Translations under genes and position numbers: made by a program | Shown: piece after piece, positions 48,384 through 62,400 of the stretch | How positions within the stretch are numbered: the first letter of the stretch is position 1 | Layout of the letters: each line of letters opens with the position of its first letter | Assembly (NCBI GenBank): GCA_977862235.1 | Contig: OZ374558.1 | Coordinates: forward strand, 1,860,001 to 1,924,000 | Source: Dudresnaya verticillata | Taxonomy: Eukaryota | DNA: 64,000 nt | Direction of reading: 5' to 3' | The notes under the pieces: generated by a model | Told to the model about the DNA's origin: nothing | What the model saw: the letters and a program-made list of their open reading frames with translations, nothing else | The model's database searches: none

Positions 48384-50499
48384 CTGCCGTTCGCATTATC
48401 CTTGATAGGAAATCCCGGCGCCCTGGAGGTGAGCAGGTTGGTTGACACAGCTGAGGATCGAGCAGGTTGAAATGTGTTTCGCTCAAAGAAGACCGGTACA
48501 AGCAGCGTTCAAAGACCGGTTTTGTCCGGGAAGCGGCAGCGGTTCTGGACGGCGTGACCTTTGTTACATATTAAAGGCCGTCCCCTCTTCAACCTTGTAC
48601 GGTCGGCGTGTAGTGGGTAATACAACCACATCTCTATGTCGACGTTGCTCACCGAACACCTTCTTCATCATTCGAACACCATAGCCGTACAGAGCTTTGC
48701 ACGAGCCGTCGAAACAGAATTGCACGGATCGCCTGTCGAAGAATCAAGAACGGCACCTACTTCGAATTCCATTCCTTCTGTCTATATCAACTGAACCTCG
48801 CTAGTCGACATGAAAGCATAGGTAAGATATGTTTTTATAATTGCTCTCCACATCATCATGACGCCGTATAACGGTCTAGTACAGTTAGAATTAGACTTTC
48901 TGCATCGTTCCTTCCTCCTGAATTCTGTAACAGAGTGTTTGCCAATCGTGGAATGGGCCTGGTTGGTCCTCCGAACCTGCTGGAGATCCCTACAAAACCT
49001 AAATAGAGCTCTACTAATATCAACGCAACGTGGCTGAGCAAGCTGTTAAAGAGTCCACCCTTCCGCTGCCGAAACACCCTCGACAACGGATGGGCTTCCT
49101 ACTTCCACACCCACATACCTCAGGATATAGCCAACTTTCAAACATAGATATTGGATATCACAATACCACTTACTAATACTTTCATGCCCCATTGCGCCGA
49201 CCACGTGCCAGGGCGCCAATTTCCAAAGGTCAAGCATACAATAGCTGCAGCTGGCGGACGATCTGAGTTAAACAAGGCACGCAACTGCGCGACGAACTGG
49301 CGACGTTGCCGTCTCCTGAGCTCTACGCCCACTACGTTCTACGGTTGCGCGAGGATGGCCCCAGCCGGATGAATAGCGATACGCCTCGAGAGTGGCTCTA
49401 CATACAAATCTTCTAGGATCTAGACCACCTCTGAACCGAAGCTGAGAGTCATATGCAGAAACGCGCTCCAGGTTGCAGATCGCGCAGATCCCGCACTCGG
49501 CCATGAGAGCGGAATCTTAAGTATGGAACAACGTGTGAACGCATGACGGCGACGGCGATGATATATTGAGAATCGAACGGATCCCGTTTTCCGCTTGTGG
49601 CACAGTGCTCTCCGCAATGTTGCAGCGAAGAATGTGCTGCCGGATATCTTTCGAAAACGGAGTAGTTTTGTGGAACTTTCCGGCAGCGTCACAATTTCCT
49701 AAGACACGGCCAAAAGTAAATCAGAAATTCGTCTTGTACCCTGTTTTAGCACATCATGTAAGTTTGGGGACGGTGCAGTGCCGCAAGCTGGAAACATGAC
49801 GAGCGGCGCATTGCGTGAGCGAAAATGTGAGCATTGTCGGGACGTGCGAGATGAGACGAGCCTCGCATGACCGCGCCGCCAGTACCTTCGAAGGTACACC
49901 GCACCTCAACGGGATGCTTTCCTGAGATATGCAAGCCTTGTCGTCCTTATCGCGTTGAAGGCCCACAGTGGCATTCACATGCAGTCCAGTTTTCAACCTG
50001 TCTAATAGGCACTGTCAGGCCGTTCACGGAGCAAGGAGCCACCATGAAGATGGAACAGTGTGTGAGAACGTCGCCCTACATGATTCAAACCACCCATAGT
50101 TCGTGAAAGAGCACGAGCGTGGCAACTTATAGAAGGAGGGGCGTTGGGTCTTCGCCAAGGTGGTGATGAATCGAACGCTACGCTGTGACTCTACCGCAGA
50201 GCCCCAAGAATATTCTTAGGTATGTTTTTCTGGTGCACGTTGTATTCCAAACGTACCAAAACCCGAACACTGCCGTTCGCATTATCCTTGGTAGGAGATC
50301 CTAGCGGCCTGGAAGTGAGCAGGTTTGTTGACAGAGCTAGGGGCCGAGCGGGTTGAAATGTTTTTGGCTCAAAGAAGAGCAGTAGAAGCAGCCTTCAAAT
50401 ATCGGCTTTGTCCGGAAACTTGAAAGGGAATGTACTAGTCTATGATCCGAGTCATCTATACAGCCTTTACGAATCGAAAGAACTAATATGCTGTAGATA

Positions 50500-51627
50500 C
50501 TACATACTACCGATAATGTCTTGGAGCACCCTGTAATCTTCGTCTTGAACGTCAGAAACACTCTCTAAGTACGTAAAGTATTCCTGTATGGCAGGAGGCA
50601 CTGAGCTACACAGGCGAGTGATCGGGGTTCTGAGCTTCATCATTAAAATCTCATCTGCTTCGATATCCTGATCCCAAATTAATTTGCCTTGCAGCATGTG
50701 TAGAAGTACATATCCTAAGCTTTCAAATTCATCGGCTGGAGACTGAACGTGATGGCAATGTGCAGCTATTGGGGCATATATCAACGTCCCGACGAACGGC
50801 ACCTCAACCTGCTCAGCTTCTTGAAAGAAACATGATGTACCAAAATCGATTACATGTATGTAGTTGAGGTTGTCTCGATCGAACACAATATTTGCAGGTT
50901 TAAGGTCGCGGTGAAGATAGCCAAGACCATGCAATTTTCGAAGGCGATGGAGCACCTGGATTCCGATACTAGCTGTGAGTTTGGCAGATAGGCGCCCTCC
51001 ACTTACATCCATGAGAGATTCGATAGAGGGACCATGCAAGTTCATGACCATAAAAGGATAGCCCGAATGACTTGCGAGATATCTGCAAGGTGGAAAATGT
51101 TCCGGATACCTCTCGTTCAATATTCTATAGAGTCCAAATTCCAAATTAACGAATGACGCATCCACTTCGAGTGGGTTATTTTCCACCTTGACTGCGGCAG
51201 TCTCATTTCGGTGCAAATCAAATGCCTCATAGACACCGCCGCATGCGCCGCTACCAATCTTCCTTTTCAGAGCCCACCGGCCAGCTAGAAGCTCGCCTTC
51301 GAATGCAGGCGCGCGCACTGGATGACTCAGCTCTTCTTCAGATTGCATTTTTTGTTGTCTCACCTGACCCGTGGCAGCGCCGGTAGGTAACTCGTATGCC
51401 TCTTTTGACAATCTAGCTTCCACAATATTCTTGCTTTCAATGACATGGTTTTTTTCAATCGGCTTCAAATCGCGGTTTTGATTTTCATGACGCTTGTCCC
51501 CGGAAACATTGATACCCCCAATCTTCAGGTCCTTCATTCTGACTGAGACGAAGATATTCTGGCCCGAGTTTCGTCCAGCTACAATGGTGCGAAGGGAAGT
51601 TTTTTGTTGAGAAAATGCTTGTCCCAT
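50500..51627 (-). CDS. Divergent CK1-family kinase (copy 4)
   Basis: Same protein as copy 1. Confidence 0.9.
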   Translation of the reverse strand: MGQAFSQQKTSLRTIVAGRNSGQNIFVSVRMKDLKIGGINVSGDKRHENQNRDLKPIEKNHVIESKNIVEARLSKEAYELPTGAATGQVRQQKMQSEEELSHPVRAPAFEGELLAGRWALKRKIGSGACGGVYEAFDLHRNETAAVKVENNPLEVDASFVNLEFGLYRILNERYPEHFPPCRYLASHSGYPFMVMNLHGPSIESLMDVSGGRLSAKLTASIGIQVLHRLRKLHGLGYLHRDLKPANIVFDRDNLNYIHVIDFGTSCFFQEAEQVEVPFVGTLIYAPIAAHCHHVQSPADEFESLGYVLLHMLQGKLIWDQDIEADEILMMKLRTPITRLCSSVPPAIQEYFTYLESVSDVQDEDYRVLQDIIGSM

Positions 51628-52574
51628 ATTTGCGTTCTGATTTGAATACTCTGTGGCTCGAATGCTGTTCCGAAACGTTGCGGAAGAAAGCTTTGATAAG
51701 CACTTATTGACGGGGTGTTCTTTGGAGAGCTTGTTTTTCTCAAGAAAGTTTATGTATAAAATGAACTCTAGCGTCATTACGGCACGGCCCAAACCTTTTT
51801 TCCTTTTTTTCTATATTTGTGACAGCACTTGGGAATCACACCTACAGTGGCAATAAACTTTATTGGGAGCATGGTACCATCATTGCAGGCATCACAGAAG
51901 TCACGAAAAGATTACTCGGTCTTGGAACGCGTTTGCCACGTCACACACAAGCATCCAACAGTATACTCACAGAATATGTAGGATGTGCTCGACCTGGGTA
52001 GACAGCATTTAGCACATTATCGATAAAATGAAGTCGGCAGATAGTTAGACGTGAACACGAGCAGTTGTTCTTCAACGTAAATTCCGGAGTGTAACCCTTT
52101 CTTAATTGTGTCCATAAAGAGAAGGCCTTTTTTGTCAACTAATGTCCCACCCAAACGACAAGGGTTGCTGTAGCCGTTGTTCTATAATGAAGGATGACAA
52201 ATACTTTCTTTACAGCAACAAGTTTCCCATGGCGGACATCTCGGCCATGTTTTCTACGACATGGGTTTATTCGCGCAGTTGCAGAACGCCTCCACGTCGT
52301 ATCTTTATTACGGCATTTTAATGCAACAACCTTTTTGTTTCAGCGCTGTCGCACACTCAGCGCATTTTTTGTGCCGTCCTCCTATTCTATTGCCTACGAT
52401 ATTCGCAAGTAGCGTAGCCATATCCAACCGTTGTGAAAAAGAAGCCATGTCGAATTGCCGACTCCTTCCATTTTTAGTATTATTTTTAACGCAGTCGTAC
52501 CTGATTCGTCCAGTCGCCTCATTCGCATCGCCGATTGGCCGTGCGCGATTTGATCCCAGATATTTTGTACAGAG

Positions 52575-53051
52575 AGAGAGAGACCTTTATTAAACAACAA
52601 GAGAGAAGCCCCTTAAGGGGGCTTAGGATTCAGAGCTACCATAAAGAGGCGGAGGAGCAAGCTTGCGGCGGTTGACACTCACCGCCACGCATTGGAGAAC
52701 TAAAGAGAGTAAACGAGTAGTGAGGCGAAGTTTCTCCGTAGACGGAGAGGTCCCGCGCTTGCTGGCAATGAAATTAGCAATACGTTGGGCGCCAACTTCA
52801 AAGCCAGATCCAACACGGCCATAGACATCTACAACCATAGGATGGATAACCATATCCAAACTAGCGCACACGCGGCGGTAATGAGAGCGTTTGACACGTT
52901 CGCGAGCTGCAATGGCTTGGCCAGCAACGCGACCAGTGGAACCATGAATAGAATGGGGACTGACGACCGAGACATCAAATCCATGGGGGTGAGGGGCAAA
53001 GCCACGATCATCAACGAAAATATCCATACGCAGTTGGTCACGTGGATCAAC
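52575..53051 (-). mobile_element. RLE-type non-LTR retrotransposon 3' fragment (copy 4)
   Basis: Same as copy 1. Confidence 0.85.
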
Positions 53052-55318
53052 AGTATTATTTTTAACGCAGTCGTACCTGATTCGCCCAGTCGCCTCATTC
53101 TCATCGCCGATTGGCCGTGCGCGATTTGATCCCAGATATTTTGTACAGAGCGCGGAGCGACGCCGAGCGGCAATCGCTCCAATCACCTCCATCCCGGCCG
53201 TGATACCTCCTCAGCCCACAAGTCCCACTACCGCCTTCGTCAACCTCGTGTTCTCGTCCGAGTCGCGCCAGCGCCCTTTTCAGACAGCGACGAAAAGAGC
53301 ACGTGCCCTTGAATCGAGCGTGTGATCAAGCGTCAACCGGGAGGCGGAATCGGCGCGCGTGGGGAATAGCAGGGAGGCGACAACCGCGGCAGCCATGGAG
53401 TCACCGTCGTTGTGCGGGAGGTTGAACGAACTTGCTCTGCGAAACAAATATGTAACGGTGAGCTGAGCAAGGCACCGCCTGGTTGTGAAGATCTCGCCAC
53501 CGCCAGGAGAGGGTGCCGTTGGTGAGGCCGAGTTTCTCCTGTTCCATCGGACTCAATAGTCTGGCCCGACCACATGCGACAAGTGGAAGCGGCCTGCCAA
53601 TGACATTGCTTCGTGTTTTACGTCTAATACCACTCTGTATGGGACATAAAGGACCGTTGTGGGCGGAGAATGAGAGAGGCATAACATAAGCGGTTCTACC
53701 GTGCAATACTCTTCTCGAGATTTGCCTACATGACGAATCAGTTTTTGTTTTTCTACTGCAACGAGTCCAGAAAGTGTGAGATCATGGACCTTGACGTGAT
53801 CACATGGCGTTTCGATGACGATGATACCTAAGAGAGCGCGTCTTGTCAACGACGTTCCTGGGTTTATGCTCCAAGGCGTATGGTAACGAAGGTAATGCTC
53901 GCCTGTTACTGCGCACGCGGGATACAAGTAGAGGCACGCACCTCCCACCACCCAACAACCAAGATGACCGATCAGAATCACCCCACCAAACACAGCCGTC
54001 TATCGACAGGGGCCGAACAAAATCGAACTTCTTGGATCCGCGCAACCTAGTCGCTGAGATGCACCAAACCTTGTTCATCATGACCGATGCTACAAATCCG
54101 GACAAAAGGATGCAGTTTCTCGAAGCAGTCGTTTCTCGAAGCAGGCGTTTCTCGAAGCAGGCGTTTCTCAAAGCAGGCTAGACGGAGCTAGCGCAGGGAA
54201 AGCTCCAGTATTACCGCTATCTCGAAGACCACCTCCCGGTACATATACATTTCGATATGGCCGAAATGTGCATCCCACAAAGTGTGATCCTGGCGCCCCT
54301 CCTGTGCAGAGGGAGGGGCTTTTTCGTCGATCCGGCGCGGAGAGAGAGGAATACAGCTGCTCACGATTTGGTGCAGATTACAATCGCGCTGCAGAAGCAA
54401 TACGGTCGCGGACATTGTTCGCAAAGACACATCCTCGTTCTGCGTCGAGAAGAATATAATGAAGAAGGCGTTGGCTTCTTGGTAGGAAGGCTGCAAGACG
54501 TGTGGCTCTATCCCGTAGATCCGTTGAGGGATTGTGCGCTGGGTCCGACACGCCACTGTCGCACCTTACGCCCCGGCTTCGGTGGGGTTGGGCGGCGAGG
54601 CGCAGCACATGCGCCGTCCCGCAATGGGCACATTTGGTTGGACGTATGGTGCGACAGGTGTCCTAACAGGAAGCTCTGCACCGTTTGATTGGCTCAAGTT
54701 CGAAGCACGTCGTCTTCCGAACCGCCTCCGTCGCTCAGCACGCATTGACACGCATTGCCACTGCAGGTGCGCAGCAGCATTGCATTCCACTGCATTCCAG
54801 CTATGCCACATTTCAGCACTACCTCTTCAAATTGCGTACAAACGTGCACTGTAGCACATCCGTACCTCCCCCACATTGATCCTCCGCCATGACGTGATTC
54901 TGTTCCTAACATCGCGATTTCCCGCTCCAAAACCGCCGCGCTGTCGCCGAGGTCACCGCCGACACCGTTCACCGCCAATCGCGGGAGCGTCTTCGTCCAA
55001 ACCCTACTCCCGCCCGCTACAGGCGCCATTCCCGCGTGTCACGCCCACCCGGCCGTCGCATCCGCCCCCACCATTCTCTCGTCACGCCCACCCGCGCCAA
55101 GACCGCGAAAAAAACCGCCCGCAACTTATAATGCCCGGTCCCCCCTGCTCCGCCTCACCACACCCCTCGCCTCCCTTCCAAGTTTCAAGCACATCCCCCA
55201 CCGTCTTCGAACGCTCGTACACACCCGCACAACCGTTGCCAGCCCTCTCTCTCTGTCCCCTCATCTCTCCCCGCCGCTGCCTCGAACCTGCCCTCCACCT
55301 CGCAACGGCAACCTCACC

Positions 55319-56209
55319 ATGAACTTCCAGCACAACGACCCGCCGCTTCCGTCCTCCTCCGCCCCGGCCCCGGCCCTGGCCTCTACCTCGTCCCCGACCT
55401 CGGCCCCGGCCTCCGCCTCGGCCTCGGCCCCGGCCTCGGCCCCGGCCTCTGCTGCCGACCAGATCCACATCCAGCTGGGCAGGATCGATGCCCCGATGCC
55501 CCGAAGAGAGCCAAGGCCAGTCGTGCCAGCCCGCACCTCCCCGCCGAGAAGGGCAAGGCAGAGTTGGCCGCAGCAATCGCCGCCAATTATCAGGATCCGG
55601 GCCGCAACGTCAAGGATAGATTCAAGCGCACCGTCGCTGGGTGCAACAATTCCTTCCTGTCCAGGTACAACCTCAAAGCCCTACAGATGTACGGAGTCTG
55701 GTTGATGCGCGTGCGAGCTTGGTGAGCGTGGTTGATGCGCGTGCGAGCTTGGTGAGCGTGGTTGATGCGCGTGCGAGCACGCGCATCAACCAGACTCCGT
55801 ACATCTGCAAGGAGAACAACTGCGGTAAGCGGTTCAAGTGGAAGAGCAGCTTGTTACATCATTGCAGGTCCCACGGCGTCAAGCGCCTCGCTCGCTTACA
55901 ATCATGAGAGTCAGAGTCAGGGCGCGGCGAGCGCGGGCGCAGCTGCCGCGCATGCTGCAAAGCTGTCCTAGCAGCACAACCCCGGTCACATCAACTCCGC
56001 TCACATCGCCATTGTCGATGGGCCGCGTGCAAGCGAGCCGGTCAACGCCACGGCCGCAGGCGTTCCATCTGGCAATGCGCCGCGGGTCTGAATGGAGTGA
56101 TCGGGTTTGGAGACCTGATGCGCCGGATCGTATGGGCGCTGATCAGCTTCCGGGTGAGCACGTGGAGAGTTTCATGCAGGGTGACCTCATTCCTGGGCAG
56201 CATAACTAA
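55319..56209 (+). pseudogene. C2H2 zinc-finger pseudogene (copy 4)
   Basis: Same as copy 1 except C>A at 55816 (KETNC to KENNC). Confidence 0.75.
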
Positions 56210-57336
56210 GAAGCAGATGCGGGAGGAGCTCAACAATTAACATTGTAGCACTAATCGACTGTAGATTAACTTGTCTCACCCCGTTTCGCTTCTCCCTGTT
56301 GTGAATACTCTTGTGGATATCTGCTTTTGTTTGTTTTGTAAATCTCACTGTGTTTGGAGCGCTAGCTGCGCTCGATCTCGTGTATATCGCTTTACTCTTC
56401 TGTTGCCACTGGGAGCGCGGCCACTACCTCTGCGATCGGTGCGAGGACGAATCTCAGATGTTTGGTTGAGAACGAATGGATTATGAATGGTCTATGACGC
56501 TTGCGTTGAGAGGGTTGGAGGTGGGCGGCATGCTCGCTCAAAAGTTCACGCTTCGTGTTAAAGCTTCGCTGGGTAAGGAGAGGGGGTTGGGGGCGGCGAA
56601 TGGGAAGGTTCGTAAATGCCACCTCACTGCGAGCTTCCGCTCGCGGTTATCGGCAAGTCGGAGGGCGGAAGGCAGGGTATGCCTGGACAATACGGGTGCG
56701 CTTCGCGGGCTTGCCAGGGACGTTTACCATTCGGCTCAGATGGAGGCTGGAATGTCGGCATAGCGTGAGGGGCAGCGGAGGTATTCCTGGAGTATCGATA
56801 AGGGGAGCATATGGACAGCGTTGCGTTGATTGTTTGCTGTGTGTGCCGGCAGGCAGGCGGCAGTGGGCTTGCGCGAGCGCGCGAGTTTCCGCAGTCCTGC
56901 GGATAGCTTGTGTTGGATGGATACCGCGGTTTGCCCTTTGCCTCGGGGACCGGAAGGCTGGATCGTGGGAAAACGTCTTTTTTTACGGCTAGCTCAGGCC
57001 AGGGCATTGGATGACTTGGAGTTTTGCAGAGTATCAGAAACTGGCGCGAAAAGTTTGCCGTGGAAACTCGAGAACAAATTCGTCGGCCGCTTCCAGTCTT
57101 GACGAAACGCCCGCATGCTGGGAAAGTTTCTTAACACGTTTATGGGCCTTTCCGCCCATCTGCGTTGCTTTTCCGCACCCCTGCTACATCAACCTGCTAC
57201 ATTCGCCCACCGTTTTCTCTCTCATAGACCTCCTCTCCCTTTCCACGCAGCCTCCGCTCGAGTCGCACGTCAGTTGGCGTGTCAACCCATCGGTCCCAAA
57301 CTGTTCCCAGCCTGCAACCACACCACCGCCGACAAG

Positions 57337-58224
57337 ATGAACTCCCTTGCAAAGGCCGGCCCTGGTCACCCACAAACAACTGCGATCACCGGGGCTGGAC
57401 CAAAGCCTCAGAAACGCCATTCCGCCAAGCCCAACAAGGAGACCTCGTATCTCGACAAAAGGGCATCGAGCAAGGTCTGTTCAGGCCAAACGGAGCTCAC
57501 AGCACGGGTGCCCACTGCGCTTGAGCATTCTGATGCATCACGTGCTCAGAAGGATAGTGTGGTCAGTAATGAGGGCGGCAAACTTCAGCAAAAGCGTCGC
57601 TCTTGTAGAGAGGCATACAAACTTGCGGGCTTCCGTCTACCCGAGAAACGACTTCCGATGCCTGATCCGCTCCCTCTCAAGCCCGTTGTGCGTTTCGCAA
57701 AGCCCAGCAGCAAAACTCTGTGGTCCGTGATTCGAGACGACGAGTGCAAGTTGGAAGAGTTGTTCAAGCGACTTTCCAACCGTCCAGTCTACAACCCCGA
57801 AGCGCAAAGGCAGGTTCTCGACATCAGTAAGAAATGCTTCGACGCTGTGTCCCAACGCCGTGAAGTTATCAAAGGGGAGCTGAAGTCGTACCAAGAGAAG
57901 CTCGTGGTTGTCTGCGATCGGGAGACGAACGCAAACACAAGCGGTAACAAGAAGAGCTCGAATTCGTGGCAGGTAGTCGAGGAGCGATCATCTGCCACGA
58001 AAACCAAGAGGATCGAAGAGGACATTGGGCATCTCCAGAGGATTCTCCGGGAACAGGACGGATTGTACCACTCCATTCGATACCAGCGTCGGGATGTAAA
58101 GCGCGAGATTGGAGTCGTTAAGGGAAGAATTTGGGATGCTTGCAAGAGGCATTGGAAAGCTCAAAATGCCTGGTTTCTCAATGAAAGGATCTTCAGCGCT
58201 CAGAGAAGCATGGGGAAGAAGTGA
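57337..58224 (+). CDS. Hypothetical coiled-coil protein (copy 5)
   Basis: Identical translation to copy 1. Confidence 0.55.
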   Translation: MNSLAKAGPGHPQTTAITGAGPKPQKRHSAKPNKETSYLDKRASSKVCSGQTELTARVPTALEHSDASRAQKDSVVSNEGGKLQQKRRSCREAYKLAGFRLPEKRLPMPDPLPLKPVVRFAKPSSKTLWSVIRDDECKLEELFKRLSNRPVYNPEAQRQVLDISKKCFDAVSQRREVIKGELKSYQEKLVVVCDRETNANTSGNKKSSNSWQVVEERSSATKTKRIEEDIGHLQRILREQDGLYHSIRYQRRDVKREIGVVKGRIWDACKRHWKAQNAWFLNERIFSAQRSMGKK

Positions 58225-61200
58225 TGGCTTCGTTGTTGACCTCACAGATACTAAGCGGTTTAACAGTGATATCTGGATCAAGTCTCCAGTCGCTACCGGG
58301 ATATTGTCCGGCACTTGGTGAGAAAGTTTGGATACTGTTTGTTTGTAGTACTACGCCATCAGGTTGCTCTTGTGATTCCTTTCGTCGAAGCAGACGCACT
58401 CCAAACCAGCATGATTAAACTAATACTAAGGTACCACTCCTGTCGGTATCCGCACTAAATCTCGAGCGGCACGTTACCCATGCCCATATACTAACGAACT
58501 CGGCAGTCTTTCCCCTCCAACAATAACCGCAACCGCTCCTGCCCGCTCGGAGCACAACACTGCCGAACTCCGGCGTGACCTCCGTCATCTCCGCCGCTTA
58601 TCATTTCTATCTACTGAGGCTAAGCGCGACCAACTATGCATGGAAGTCTATTTTGACGATCCAGCCTTTGCAAATCGCGCCTGTCCCAAGGCTTTGAAGT
58701 CTCTATGGTCAGTCTCCGTTCTCCCCACCTTCGCTCAGCTCGCTCCTCCCTAGGGCGCTATTGCGTTACGGGAAAAAGGCGAAACGCATACACTATCGCC
58801 TGTTATGTCCCCACAATGACATCGACTTTCATCCTATGGCCATGGATACCTACGCCTTCATTTTCTCTGGTATTCCACTGTCGTGCCCAACGGATCGCCA
58901 ACTTCAAGCCGACCAAAAAGGGCACTTCTCTGATGAATACAGTTAACTTTGGCCTCGTTCGTTCATCGATTTCAAGTCTTCCACGACGTAAACCGCTAAC
59001 CGTAAGACGTAAAACGTAAGGCGCAAACCGTAAACATAGACTGTTCACAACAGAGAGCGAGGGCTTTCAGACCGGATCTTGCTTTCAGACGACCTTCTGG
59101 AGAAGGTTGTCCATGCTGTAGCACCATCAATCTTCGTTGTCCTAGGGGCTGTCTGGGCGTCGTGTGCACAGACAAGAATGCTACGAGAGGCTATGCGCAA
59201 GGCCACTTTTCTGTTTGTAGCACAGCGGACAGCGGACATTGCGCAAAGAAGGATAAAAGTACGTAATTTGCATACAGTGGCACATCAACGCTTTGGGTAT
59301 CTGGTACCGTCGCCGTACCGTCGTGGTCTCGTCATGGTCCCGTCGTGGTCTCGTCATGGTCCCGCCATGGTCCCGCCATGGTACACCGCCATGGTACCGT
59401 CGTCGCCCCGTCGTCGCCCCGTCGTCGCCCCGTCGTCGCCCCTTCATCGTCCAATCGTCGTCCCGTCGTCGTCGCGTCGTCGTCTCGTCGTCATTCAATC
59501 GTGGTCCACTCGTCGTCCAGTCGGCAGTGATGGCCATAGCGGCGTTTTACAGCGTTAACGGCGACGAGCACTCTGAATGTTTCTCTTCTCTGACACCGGC
59601 ACGGCTGAAAGTGCCTCAATGGAGTGGAAAAGCCTCGAAAAGACGAAATGGCGTGCGTCTTGGCACCGAAACGGCCCGGCGTCTAGGCCCGTCGATGTCC
59701 AGCCGTTCTGTGTGTACTTGAGCGTACACGACCCGACTGACTTCAACCGACTGTGTATCCCATCAGCCACCACGATGAACACGTCCGCTCAACCACCTGG
59801 GATCTAGCACTGGAACAGGCTGCGGCAGGTTGTACAGCGTGTTACACGCGTTGACTGCGCAATTGACAGCGCAGCTGATGGCACATGGCAACGCTGGCGA
59901 CGCAGCTGACGGCGCTCTTGCCACTACGCTCTGCACAACTTGGTAACGTCACCAAGGCGATGAAGCACACATCTCGGGTTCTCTATGTGAGGTTTCGTCA
60001 CTTCTCCGGTGTCACAAAATGGAACCGGCAAAATATGTTTGCAATGTTGTGGAGTGAGCGTCTAGCTACCAAACTGCTGTGTATGCAAGAGCACTCTGTG
60101 TTGACTGGTACGCCTTAAACCTGCACGCGGTTCGTTCCCAAGGAATGCCAAACTCTGGTACCAGCACATTCGACAGCTCAAGAGCCAGGGCCCTTATGCG
60201 ATGCGAGGGGTTCATACTGTTATACTCTCACGCTGCGCTTAGCTTATGAGGCCTTCCGTGATCAGTCAAGACTCGCATGGTCTCATCTTTTGTAGCGCGT
60301 CAATGCATTGTTCATGTGGACAGTTTTCAAATGGACATTGTTCACATGGAAATAGGGGCAGGGCTTCTACCAGCCAAATAAACCGCTAATATTGGAACCC
60401 CATTGTTCCATCTCTTTCAAGATTGCATAGTCCTATCCATCTCATCGACCTCAGCGACCTGAAGAACGTAAATATTGTGTTGCATCGATTAGAGGTCCTC
60501 GTTTCAATATTATTTCAATTCGTGACCCGCTCTGTGCACACCCACATACCTCAGGATATAGCCAACTTTCAAACATAGATATTGGATATCACAATACCAC
60601 TTACTAATACTTTCATGCCCCATTGCGCCGACCACGTGCCAGGGTGCCAATTGCCAAAGGTCAAACATACAATAGCTGCAGCTGGCGGACGATCTGAGTT
60701 AAACAAGGCACGCAACTGCATGACGAACTGGCGACGTTGCTGTCTCCTGAGCCCTACGCCCACTACGTTCTACGGTTGCGCGAGGATGGCCCCAGCCAGA
60801 TGAATAGCGATACGCTTCGGGAGTTGCTCTACATACAAATCTTCTAGGATCTAGACCACCTCTGAACCGAAGCTGAGAGTCATATGCAGAAACGCGCTCC
60901 ATGTTGCAGATCGCGCAGATCCCATACTCGGCCATGAGAGCGGAATCTTAAGTATGGCACAACGTTTGAACGCATGACGGCGACGGCGATGATATATTTA
61001 GAATCGAACGGATCCCGTTTTCCGCTTGTGGCACAGTGCTCTCCGCAATGTTGCAGCGAAGAATGTGCTGCCGGATATCTTTCGAAAACGGAGTAGTTTT
61101 GTGGAACTTTCCGGCAGCGTCACAATTTCCTAAGACACGGCCAAAAGTAAATCAGAAATTCGTCTTGTACCCTGTTCTAGCACATCATGTAAGTTTGGGG

Positions 61201-61700
61201 ACGGTGCAGTGCCGCAAGCTGGAAACATGACGAGCGGCGCATTGCGTGAGCGAAAATGTGAGCATTGTCGGGACGTGCGAGATGAGACGAGCCTCGCATG
61301 ACCGCGCCGCCAGTACCTTCGAAGGTACACCGCACCTCAACGGGATGCTTTCCTGAGATATGCAAGCCTTGTCGTCCTTATCGCGTTGAAGGCCCACAGT
61401 GGCATTCACATGCAGTCCAGTTTTCAACCTGTCTAATAGGCACTGTCAGGTCGTTCACAGAGCAAGGAGCCACCATGAAGATGGAACAGTGTGTGAGAAC
61501 GTCGCCCTGCATGATTCAAACCACCCATAGTTCGTGAAAGAGCACGAGCGTGGCAACTTATAGAAGGAGGGGCGTTGGGTCTTCGCCAAGGTGGTGATGA
61601 ATCGAACGCTACGCTGTGACTCTACCGCAGAGCCCCAAGAATATTCTTCGGTATGTTTTTCTGGTGCACGTTGTATTCTAAACGTACCAAAAACCGAACA

Positions 61701-62400
61701 ATTCCGCTTGTTCATATCGCAACGCACGCCCCACATGCCCAGCTCGCGTCTCAAGAAGCTTGGAGCTCTGTTCCGCATCGTCCCGCCGCTTCTGCGCCAG
61801 CGTATTCTACAAAGCAAGTTCGTGTCTTCCCTCCGCCGCACTGCGCGCTCCACACACCTCCCGGCATCATGGCACGCTCGGCAAACTCTACTCGCTCTCC
61901 CGAAGCTCCGAAACCCGATTCTGAGCAACGCGATCCAGAACCCGACGACCCCATCCACCCTGCATACTGACTGCGTTTCCCAATGGCGCTCTGCATTTCC
62001 CGGTCCGCGCAAAGCCCCAGTCCCCACCACATCACGCTTTGCCCCGGCGCTGCTACTCCCTGACCACCGTGACCGCCTGCTTGCTATCAGATGGCACTTA
62101 TGCACCTTCCCAATCCCACCCCGTTGCCCCTCCTCTTGTAGGGCGCTACGCGCCCATGCCCCCGAGCTCACGAAGCTCTCGCACGACGCCCTCCAGCCCT
62201 CGGACATCCGCTCAGTCTCATTATCGATTGCTGCGATCCGTGACCTATGCTCAGTGGACCACCCTCCCCCGTTCTCCTTGTCACCCCCGTAACCACCTGC
62301 CCGCCCTTTATTGATACCTTGGACCCTAGGGCCGGTGCGCCTGCAAATGGGCCTTTGTTGCCTGCGCAGGACCACCTAAAACAAAAAACATGAATCATCA
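61701..62400 (+). mobile_element. 700-bp non-LTR-like insertion (copy 5)
   Basis: Same as copy 1. Confidence 0.7.
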